A stretch of 64,000 nucleotides of DNA. Origin: a virus (Duplodnaviria; Heunggongvirae; Uroviricota; Caudoviricetes). This document shows, in pieces, positions 57,517 through 64,000 of the stretch (its first letter is position 1; each line of letters starts with the position of its first letter). The stretch lies in the IMG/VR virus record IMGVR_UViG_3300042890_002891, positions 32,001 through 96,000 of that record, one strand, 5' to 3'. A program made the position numbers and the translations under genes. The notes below the pieces were generated by a model. The model did not search any database, was not told the origin of the DNA, and saw only the letters and a list, made by a program, of their open reading frames with translations.

Positions 57517-58080
57517 TTAGTCTGAGACCACTGACCATCCTAGACGAGCAAGGTCTTCACGTATCTCATCAGTGACCATGCCCTCGCCCACATGTGCTTG
57601 GCTTTCCCGGTGGAACGTCTGCTGCTCTTGTGTGAGCATGTTCCATTCAGCCTGTTCTAGTGTGGCAGTATCCCTGATGCCTGAACAGTACCAGTCAATG
57701 TAGTCACCTTCGCCCCGCATGTTGGCCACAATGCCACCAGCCGATCGCCATGTACAGGCCCAGGTTTGATCTTTCAGTATGGTCCACACATCTTGTTTCT
57801 GGAACGTGTTGTTGCACAGGGCAGCATAGAGATTTTGAGCATACACTCTGCTTTCGCAAACCTTGGCCACCATCCAGTCGGTGGTACGCATGTCAAATTC
57901 CATGTTGTTCTTTTGCCATTCAGCATTGACTAGATTTTCTTCATCTCGAAGTGCCCAGCTTTCGTACATTTCAAGCATGGCCTGCACCTCAGGATCGTCG
58001 AGACTCTGGCCCGCTTCTAAACAACCTTCAATGTACTTTTGCTTTTGAAAAGTGTGACGATCAGGACTGGCGGAAATCAT
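57517..58080 (-). CDS. Hypothetical phage protein (YAQNLYAALCNN...GDYIDWYCSG)
   Basis: 187-aa ORF. Confidence 0.8.
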   Translation of the reverse strand: MISASPDRHTFQKQKYIEGCLEAGQSLDDPEVQAMLEMYESWALRDEENLVNAEWQKNNMEFDMRTTDWMVAKVCESRVYAQNLYAALCNNTFQKQDVWTILKDQTWACTWRSAGGIVANMRGEGDYIDWYCSGIRDTATLEQAEWNMLTQEQQTFHRESQAHVGEGMVTDEIREDLARLGWSVVSD

Positions 58081-58331
58081 TGCAGGATTCTTGTGTGGGA
58101 ACCAGATTCAATACTGTCTAGGGATTCTGCCAGTCGTTGTGCCAGTTCGGGATCAGATTCAGTCAGCTGTTCAAAATCTACTGCATGACTCGTGGCCGCA
58201 AGGTCTTCGGCTGTCATGTTCTCAAACATGCTGTGAATTTCAGCCATCAAGAGATCCAGTTCCTCTTGAGTTCCTTCAAAATCGTCAAAGCAGCCTGGGG
58301 CAAATTGCACTTTTAGTGGTTGATCAGTCAT
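58077..58331 (-). CDS. Hypothetical acidic protein
   Basis: FAPGCFDDFEGTQEELD. Confidence 0.7.
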   Translation of the reverse strand: MTDQPLKVQFAPGCFDDFEGTQEELDLLMAEIHSMFENMTAEDLAATSHAVDFEQLTESDPELAQRLAESLDSIESGSHTRILQ

Positions 58332-58342
58332 ATGTTCTTTCA

Positions 58343-58420
58343 TGGTGCGGTGGGCGGGATTCGAACCCGCACTGTACAGATTTTAAGTCTGTTGTCTCCT
58401 ACCTATTGCACTACCACCGC
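58343..58420 (-). tRNA. tRNA-Leu(TAA), short variable loop
   Basis: Cloverleaf, CCA. Confidence 0.88.
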
Positions 58421-58427
58421 ATTGCTC

Positions 58428-58502
58428 TGGTCCGGCGTGACGGAATCGAACCGCCATGTACAGGGTAGAAACCTGCTATATTATCCATTATATGAACGCC
58501 AG
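58428..58502 (-). tRNA. tRNA-Arg(TCT)
   Basis: Cloverleaf, CCA. Confidence 0.9.
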
Positions 58503-58507
58503 ATACT

Positions 58508-58582
58508 TGGTGCGACTCCTTGGTTTCGATCCAAGTACCAAGACCTTATGAGGGTCCTGCTCTCCCATTGAGCTAGAGTCGC
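58508..58582 (-). tRNA. tRNA-Met/Ile2(CAT)
   Basis: Cloverleaf, CCA. Confidence 0.88.
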
Positions 58583-58591
58583 TATTTTTAC

Positions 58592-58620
58592 ATTGTAACA
58601 GGAAAGTTATTTAGTGTCAA
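58592..58620 (-). promoter_or_regulatory. Sigma70 promoter with embedded TAAATA
   Basis: TTGACA-cTAAATAactttcctgt-TACAAT. Confidence 0.75.
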
Positions 58621-58624
58621 CAGA

Positions 58625-58819
58625 TTATTTCACAGACAGCAACGCCTGTAGATCCTGAATTTGTTTTTGCAAACGCTCAATTTCTGCGGCTGCTTCATCC
58701 AAGAGATCAGCAATACGGTCAGTCTCACCTTGTTCCACACTTCTGCGTCCAGGAATCTGTCTGCGTATCTCGGCTCGCTTGCGTAATCGGTACACCAGAC
58801 CTTGTTCTTGCAAGGTCAT
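58625..58819 (-). CDS. Hypothetical protein
   Basis: LVYRLRKRAEIRRQI...DRIADLLDEAA. Confidence 0.75.
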   Translation of the reverse strand: MTLQEQGLVYRLRKRAEIRRQIPGRRSVEQGETDRIADLLDEAAAEIERLQKQIQDLQALLSVK

Positions 58820-59025
58820 GATTCGACTCCAAAATGTTTTTTAATTCTTTGTCCAGTTGTTTGTGTGACATATCCACACCCAGCCGAAGTATTTCTTTCA
58901 ATATCTGCAACTTGGGCACATTCCTGAATCAGTAGTTCAGCAAACTTTTCTAGTGTTCGACCGCCCACGTCAGGATAGTGGCTACCGCCAGCCGCCAGGG
59001 CCAGTTGTTTAATTTGTTCGTTCAT
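58816..59025 (-). CDS. MNE(R/Q)I...KFAELI..EC...HFGVE family protein
   Basis: Family motifs; start moved to 59025. Confidence 0.75.
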   Translation of the reverse strand: MNEQIKQLALAAGGSHYPDVGGRTLEKFAELLIQECAQVADIERNTSAGCGYVTQTTGQRIKKHFGVES

Positions 59026-59240
59026 GATTCGACTCCAAAATGTTCCAACACAATTTTTCTTGCCCGTGGATGACCATCTATATCTTCGGCAAGTTGGGCA
59101 CATTCCCGAACAATTGACTCTGCAAACTTTGCCAATTCATCTGCCCAACATTCAGCAAACGCTCTCACAGGAGTTTCTGTTGGGTCGTAGGTAAATTCTA
59201 TTCCAGCCTGTTCGGCAAGTAGTCGAATTCGTTCGTTCAT
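59022..59240 (-). CDS. MNE(R/Q)I...HFGVE family protein
   Basis: Family motifs. Confidence 0.75.
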   Translation of the reverse strand: MNERIRLLAEQAGIEFTYDPTETPVRAFAECWADELAKFAESIVRECAQLAEDIDGHPRARKIVLEHFGVES

Positions 59241-59473
59241 GATTTCTCCAGAGTCCGTAATAGCGTTTTTTCCCGAAATGTGGCCAGGCGTTGGTCAAGT
59301 TCGGCCCTGACATCCCAGTGTTGTTTGCTGAGTCTTAAAACCCAGGCACTCAACAGGCCCAGCTGATATGCAATTTCATCTGCGTCCGTGTATTGGCCGC
59401 CACTGCTGACTGCGTTTAGCACATCAGTTATTTCTTTGTGATTTTTTACGTGAACTTTTAGGTTGCTATACAT
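59237..59473 (-). CDS. Hypothetical protein
   Basis: Coupled 78-aa ORF. Confidence 0.65.
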   Translation of the reverse strand: MYSNLKVHVKNHKEITDVLNAVSSGGQYTDADEIAYQLGLLSAWVLRLSKQHWDVRAELDQRLATFREKTLLRTLEKS

Positions 59474-59927
59474 GCCATATCTCCTGGAACCCCTCTTCCA
59501 GTGTGGGTTCTTTCAAATTTTGTAACATACTTAGCATCACATGATCCGGAATGCTTTTGCCTGGACGGCCAGCCAGTCTACGAGCAAGTTCCACAGGTTC
59601 GGGTGTGCCAAACACCACAGCAATATGTTCATAGTCGGGCAGCATGTGAAACTTCTTTCGTCGGCTGGCCACAGTGGTTGAGGTTTGATCCCAGATCACA
59701 CTGTGACCATGTTCCCGTGCAAACACCACCTGTTGAGCCATTAGATCCACTGCTCGAGGCATGTAGTCTCGAAACACTTGATTGTAGGTTTGGCCTTGTG
59801 CTCTAGCATAGTCTTCCACAAACGTGTCTGTACTAACCACAGTCAAGCCCAGGGCCCATATTTGGTTCCGGATCCAGGTGCTTTTACCCGAACCTGGCAC
59901 TCCAATCATTTGATAACATTTTGGCAT
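59466..59927 (-). CDS. P-loop polynucleotide kinase-like protein (AAA_33)
   Basis: GVPGSGKST, VSTD, IWDQT. Confidence 0.85.
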   Translation of the reverse strand: MPKCYQMIGVPGSGKSTWIRNQIWALGLTVVSTDTFVEDYARAQGQTYNQVFRDYMPRAVDLMAQQVVFAREHGHSVIWDQTSTTVASRRKKFHMLPDYEHIAVVFGTPEPVELARRLAGRPGKSIPDHVMLSMLQNLKEPTLEEGFQEIWHV

Positions 59928-60814
59928 CCTGCCTCCAGATAGTTTCTAACCCAGGCCAAGCGAGCCTGTTCGTCCATCACAGTATAAGTGTCGATGTTGT
60001 TGCGTATGTGATCCAACAGCGGGTAGTATTCCTCGTCAATCTGTTCTCGAAACTGTTGAGTCAACAACTTGTCAGTTCTTGGGTTACGTGCCACCCACTT
60101 GGCAGTCAGGTAGTAGGGTGACTTCAACTTGGAACTCACATTACCTTCATCGGTATAGAAAACAAAACCTTCGTGCTTGACAGTCTTGACTTCTTGCAAT
60201 AGTTGACCCATTGAAGTGTAAAACGACTGCACAATGCGTGTGCGAAACGCATTTTGCAACAGCATCATGATTGCAGCATTGGCCTCAATTGGACTGCACC
60301 ATTCGTTCTTGCGCATGCCCAACAAGTACATGCCTGGCTGCTCAGGAACAATGTGTGGATCACTTTCATGAACACATTCAAACATAAATGTGTGGCCTTC
60401 ATACTGCTTGCAAGTGGCACGATAACGATCTATGTTGTCACCAATCATTTCACGTGCCATGTCAACATAAGGACTGTCAGTGCTACCAGTTGTGCTGATC
60501 AGTACATCATCCCGATACCATGTGCAAGCCACCATGAAACCGTTGACCTTGCGATAAGCAGTCACATGAACATTGTCAGCCAGCACAGGTGCAGACTTTT
60601 CAATGCCGTAGTTGTAGATCTTGGTGAATGGATAAGCAACCAAGTTGAAGTCACGATCCACAATGCTTCCACGACATTCGGCAATGTATTCGTCCCAGAG
60701 GCTGTCGTAGAACACTTTCTTCTTGTACTTGAGCACGTAGATACCATCGCCACATTCTCGGCGGTTCACCAGATTGGATGATTCCACATACTGTTTTAGT
60801 TTTTCTCTAAACAT
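59906..60814 (-). CDS. RNA ligase (T4 Rnl1-like)
   Basis: ECRG, PFTKIYN, KVNG (motif I), FE, EGFV (motif IV), KLK. Confidence 0.85.
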   Translation of the reverse strand: MFREKLKQYVESSNLVNRRECGDGIYVLKYKKKVFYDSLWDEYIAECRGSIVDRDFNLVAYPFTKIYNYGIEKSAPVLADNVHVTAYRKVNGFMVACTWYRDDVLISTTGSTDSPYVDMAREMIGDNIDRYRATCKQYEGHTFMFECVHESDPHIVPEQPGMYLLGMRKNEWCSPIEANAAIMMLLQNAFRTRIVQSFYTSMGQLLQEVKTVKHEGFVFYTDEGNVSSKLKSPYYLTAKWVARNPRTDKLLTQQFREQIDEEYYPLLDHIRNNIDTYTVMDEQARLAWVRNYLEAGCQNVIK

Positions 60815-61355
60815 GATGACCCTTGATCTTGCCTTTTAGGGCTTGTGCAATAGCACGTTCCATGGTGATAGCAATTGCGCCAGTGGCATCCATGCCCACG
60901 TCCAACGCACGATAATTTTCCAGGCTGCTGGTGCCACCGTGCAAGTGTCCGTGAAAATGAACAGCACCGCGATGCATCTGATCCCACTCTGCTATGGGAT
61001 AATGAAACATCACTACCTTGGTTTCGTTGAACTGTGCATCCAGGTACTTGTGTATCTGTGCAAAGCAGTCACGGAAATCCTGATCTTGCAACAGCTTGCG
61101 GTCGTGGTTGCCTTCAACCAGAATCTTGACTCCATTCAGTCGACGCACAGTTGCCACGGCTTTTTCCGCAGGCAAGAATGCCACGTCACCCAGAATGTAC
61201 ACAGTGTCGTCTGCGCCAATCAAGTCGTTCCATTCTCGAATCATGGCCTCGTTCATGTAGGCCACATCGTTACGAAACCGTGCCCGTGACTCAGGGCAAA
61301 ATTTCATTATGTTCTTGTGTCCCCAGTGGAGATCACTTGTGATCCAGGTTGTCAT
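60807..61355 (-). CDS. Calcineurin-like metallophosphoesterase
   Basis: SDLHWGH, LGD, GNHD, HGHLH. Confidence 0.92.
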   Translation of the reverse strand: MTTWITSDLHWGHKNIMKFCPESRARFRNDVAYMNEAMIREWNDLIGADDTVYILGDVAFLPAEKAVATVRRLNGVKILVEGNHDRKLLQDQDFRDCFAQIHKYLDAQFNETKVVMFHYPIAEWDQMHRGAVHFHGHLHGGTSSLENYRALDVGMDATGAIAITMERAIAQALKGKIKGHHV

Positions 61356-61367
61356 TCTTGTAGTCTC

Positions 61368-61592
61368 TTAATGTTTAGGTTGTTCTTTTTTTGCAGGTTT
61401 CTTTTCTCGTCGGGCTTTTTCTTCTTCAACTGCTTTTTTCTGTGCCTCTGTCATGACCAATACTGTTTTGCATGTTTTTTTGGCAGGTGCTTTTGAAGAA
61501 GCCTCGCTGGTTTCACACACCCGTTGAGTTTTGTAAGCCGGGCTGGGCGAAACCGCAATCAGTATCAATATACAACAGATGTATTTCTTCAC
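61368..61592 (-). CDS. Small secreted/membrane-anchored basic protein
   Basis: Signal-peptide-like N-terminus. Confidence 0.55.
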   Translation of the reverse strand: MKKYICCILILIAVSPSPAYKTQRVCETSEASSKAPAKKTCKTVLVMTEAQKKAVEEEKARREKKPAKKEQPKH

Positions 61593-61617
61593 TTGTCAAC
61601 TTCTCAAATTTGTTCGT

Positions 61618-61923
61618 TCATTGTTCAACTCCGAATACTTGATTAATCCATTGTCTTGCTGTAATGTTTTGATATTTAACATCACTACCGTGCTTGCCGC
61701 CAGGATACACAACAAATACTTCGTTCATTACATCATCAATAATCAACTCGGCAAACTTTTTCAGTAAATCGCCTTCTAGCAATTTTACAGCGACTTCATA
61801 GTTGTTCGAAACAAAGTCGTTATCGCTTTCTAAATAGCCATCAGGCTCCTCGTCAATATACGGTCTCCGAGGAATGACATTGATACCAGCCTCTACAGCA
61901 AGTTGAGTAATTCTTTCATTCAT
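61618..61923 (-). CDS. MNE(R/Q)I...FGVE family protein
   Basis: Family motifs. Confidence 0.75.
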   Translation of the reverse strand: MNERITQLAVEAGINVIPRRPYIDEEPDGYLESDNDFVSNNYEVAVKLLEGDLLKKFAELIIDDVMNEVFVVYPGGKHGSDVKYQNITARQWINQVFGVEQ

Positions 61924-62039
61924 TCTTCATTTGCCTTAATAAGAGCCATTAGAAATTTCAATTCCGATAATTGCACTGGAATCTCTGATTCTATTTCCAT
62001 CCCTGTAATAAGAGATTGTAGATATTCAATTGGGGTCAT
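61920..62039 (-). CDS. 39-aa hypothetical (MTPIEYLQSL...ANEE)
   Basis: ATGA-coupled on both sides. Confidence 0.55.
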   Translation of the reverse strand: MTPIEYLQSLITGMEIESEIPVQLSELKFLMALIKANEE

Positions 62040-62263
62040 TCTCCAACTCCGAAATGTTTTAAAATATCAGATTCATACCATTCACCATGATAATCACCGC
62101 ATCGACCTCTTGACTGTATATGGATTTGTTCCAAACATTCCTGCACAATCAACTCAGCGAACTTTTTTGTAAAGTTGTTGAATTCTTCCGCTGTAAATGG
62201 TCCATTAGGATCGACAGTGCCGTCAGCAGCCTGAAGTTCAAGTTCTCTAATTCGTTCGTTCAT
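62036..62263 (-). CDS. MNE(R/Q)I...HFGV family protein
   Basis: Family motifs. Confidence 0.75.
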   Translation of the reverse strand: MNERIRELELQAADGTVDPNGPFTAEEFNNFTKKFAELIVQECLEQIHIQSRGRCGDYHGEWYESDILKHFGVGE

Positions 62264-62493
62264 CCTTCGACTCCAAAATGTTTTGCAATTGCATAGCCGA
62301 CCCAAGATATACCTAGTTTTTCTGCATCATCCTCGCACACTTCATCTACTTTATCAACCTGTGCTAGACATTCTTGCACAATCAACTTGGCGAACTTTTC
62401 TTTATCAAACACTTCAAAGGTAAGTGGATTGTAAGGAGTGGGGCCTTGAATAGATGTAGCCTGTTCAGCAAGTTTTTGAATTCGTTCGTTCAT
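62260..62493 (-). CDS. MNE(R/Q)I...HFGVE family protein
   Basis: Family motifs. Confidence 0.75.
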   Translation of the reverse strand: MNERIQKLAEQATSIQGPTPYNPLTFEVFDKEKFAKLIVQECLAQVDKVDEVCEDDAEKLGISWVGYAIAKHFGVEG

Positions 62494-62609
62494 AGAATCT
62501 CCCAAGTGATAGCAGTTGAATTTGTTGCCTTGCGTGCCTTCCAGTAAGGCAGTGCCCATGTCACATTCGATTCAACCACAATAAGTCGTTTGTTAAAATA
62601 TACTTTCAT
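62490..62609 (-). CDS. 39-aa hypothetical (MKVYFNKRLIVVESN...WEIL)
   Basis: ATGA-coupled on both sides. Confidence 0.6.
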   Translation of the reverse strand: MKVYFNKRLIVVESNVTWALPYWKARKATNSTAITWEIL

Positions 62610-62812
62610 TCTTCAACTCCGAAATGTTCATACAAATCTTGAGGGGTAGCATGACCTGAACGGGAATAAACAACTTCAGCACATTCCCGCACAATCATGT
62701 CAGCGAACACCTGTTTGATTTTGAGCACCTGGCTGTGACTCAGCCGGGTGTATGTTTCAGGCACTGCTGCATCCAGGGCCTGTGCCCACAGTTGATCAAT
62801 TCGTTGGTTTAT
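62606..62812 (-). pseudogene. HFGVE-family member whose start codon reads ATA
   Basis: (I)NQRIDQL...FADMIVRECA...HFGVEE. Confidence 0.55.
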
Positions 62813-62815
62813 ACA

Positions 62816-63001
62816 TCAACTCCGAAATGTTTGCTTGACCAGTTGGCCAGTTTTTCGATCCACTGACTCAACCACAATCCCTTGCTTCAACATGTTCTCG
62901 TTCTGTGTGCCTGTTGTTTCACATTGCCGACAGAGTTTGAACACGCCCAGCAACATGATGAAATGTCCGTTGTGGGGTTTACCACAGTTAATACAGTTCA
63001 T
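62816..63001 (-). CDS. Small Zn-ribbon protein
   Basis: CINC...CRQC. Confidence 0.55.
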   Translation of the reverse strand: MNCINCGKPHNGHFIMLLGVFKLCRQCETTGTQNENMLKQGIVVESVDRKTGQLVKQTFRS

Positions 63002-63228
63002 CGTTCAACTCCGAAATGTTTCAACAAATCTGTAATAGCAAATTCACAACCCATCTTTTCACTATCAGTATCACAATTAGTTTCAATTGTTTTCTCAATG
63101 GATCGAGCACATTCTCTCACAATCAACTCGGCGAACTTTTCAGTAAACTCTTTAGGCAAATCAAAGTCTACATGGTCGGGAATTGCCTTAATAGCCTCAG
63201 AGATAAGTTTTCCAATTTGTTCGTTCAT
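62998..63228 (-). CDS. MNE(R/Q)I...HFGVE family protein
   Basis: Family motifs. Confidence 0.75.
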   Translation of the reverse strand: MNEQIGKLISEAIKAIPDHVDFDLPKEFTEKFAELIVRECARSIEKTIETNCDTDSEKMGCEFAITDLLKHFGVER

Positions 63229-63431
63229 TCTGCTTCTCCTACAAATTCACGTACCCATTCAAATCTGGTGCTGGCAGGCACCCATCTGAACTGGCTCTTT
63301 CTGCGTTCAGATTGTTGCCAGTCCATGCATATCATCACCCAGTCGGGCTCAGTACTGAAGGCCACAGTTTCAGCAACCCGCACGACTTCTACAAATCGTC
63401 CGTCTGTTGTTTTTGCTACCATAACCATCAT
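63225..63431 (-). CDS. Hypothetical protein
   Basis: AAGGAG RBS before 63431. Confidence 0.65.
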   Translation of the reverse strand: MMVMVAKTTDGRFVEVVRVAETVAFSTEPDWVMICMDWQQSERRKSQFRWVPASTRFEWVREFVGEAE

Positions 63432-63441
63432 GTAGTGCTCC

Positions 63442-63624
63442 TTACTCTTTCTTGCCAATACGCTCGGCCAGTTTCATTTTAACAATGTGCAGTTCGTTGA
63501 TGGCAGTGTTGCTGCCATGTTTGGCAATAGACTCTTCCCAGAACTTAATCAACTGCTCCAGTTCTTTTGTTGACTTGGAAGCATAGTGTGCGTCTTTGTC
63601 AAATTTGGGTGAATTGTACGCCAT
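63442..63624 (-). CDS. Hypothetical protein
   Basis: Own promoter (63679-63651) and AAGGAG RBS. Confidence 0.7.
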   Translation of the reverse strand: MAYNSPKFDKDAHYASKSTKELEQLIKFWEESIAKHGSNTAINELHIVKMKLAERIGKKE

Positions 63625-63680
63625 GTTGTGCTCCTTGCTGCTATGTATGTATTATAGCATTTCGGGCAATAAAGGTCAAC

Positions 63681-63878
63681 CTAGGATTTTCTCGTGGCTT
63701 CAAACGAGCAATAGCCCACAGTAGCTGGTCGCCGCTGGGCCTGGATTTTGGCCCGTTCACAAGCGGCCTGACCAGCGTAGATGGCACTGCTAAATTGGGC
63801 AGGCTGTTCCCCTTGTGCCATGATGGTTATGACCAACAGCACCCACATGATTATCAATGCCACTGGCCTTGTAGGCAA
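63681..63878 (-). CDS. Small membrane/secreted protein
   Basis: Hydrophobic N-terminus, two Cys; start uncertain. Confidence 0.45.
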   Translation of the reverse strand: MPTRPVALIIMWVLLVITIMAQGEQPAQFSSAIYAGQAACERAKIQAQRRPATVGYCSFEATRKS

Positions 63879-64000
63879 TGCAAGAACTCATGGCCCACTG
63901 TTCGCATGTCTACTTTTTCCGGCAGGATTATGTAGCAGCGATCGGGCCAGTTCCAGGAGCAGGCCAGGGCACCACCCGGAAAACCGTTGAACCCAAACTC

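Noticed and set aside
58816-63228. Diversity-generating retroelement or integron behind the paralogue array
   Set aside because: No reverse transcriptase, integrase, adenine-specific TR/VR pair or attC-like palindromes seen in this window
477-63990. Numerous antisense/shadow ORFs in the six-frame track, including those over tRNAs
   Set aside because: Overlap well-supported genes or RNAs and lack motifs or start signals
1-64000. Stop-codon reassignment
   Set aside because: Standard code gives dense, coupled ORFs ending in TAA, TGA and TAG; no credible suppressor tRNA

Overview
Segment of a large (jumbo-type, T4-like late promoters) dsDNA tailed-phage genome; the host is probably a betaproteobacterium (inferred from a two-piece permuted tmRNA and a TctA/TctC transporter). 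Layout: 1-5.3 kb virion/tail genes; 5.3-29 kb a surface/glycan-modification island (5 twitch-type radical SAM enzymes, glycosyltransferase-like proteins, 5 paralogues with an E-T-x(n)-(S/T)(E/D)K-x-x-K-P motif, SGNH proteins, carbamoyltransferase, DegT aminotransferase, NAD epimerase); 29-39 kb thyX, a MoxR-like AAA/VWA pair, small early genes behind repeated sigma70 promoters, RpoZ, rubredoxin/rubrerythrin; 39.5-58.6 kb a translation-support region (permuted tmRNA, about 31 tRNAs covering all 20 amino acids, many tRNA-like and structured non-coding RNAs); 58.6-64 kb a kinase/RNA ligase/phosphoesterase RNA-repair trio and an array of short modular paralogues. The best candidate for an undescribed system is a pair of leader-peptide transcription attenuators in front of the tRNA arrays. 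Their leader ORFs sample an unusually wide set of codons (one contains all 20 amino acids) and overlap an antiterminator, consistent with a general sensor of translation stress or tRNA loss that switches on phage tRNA synthesis. All calls are by eye; no database searches were run.
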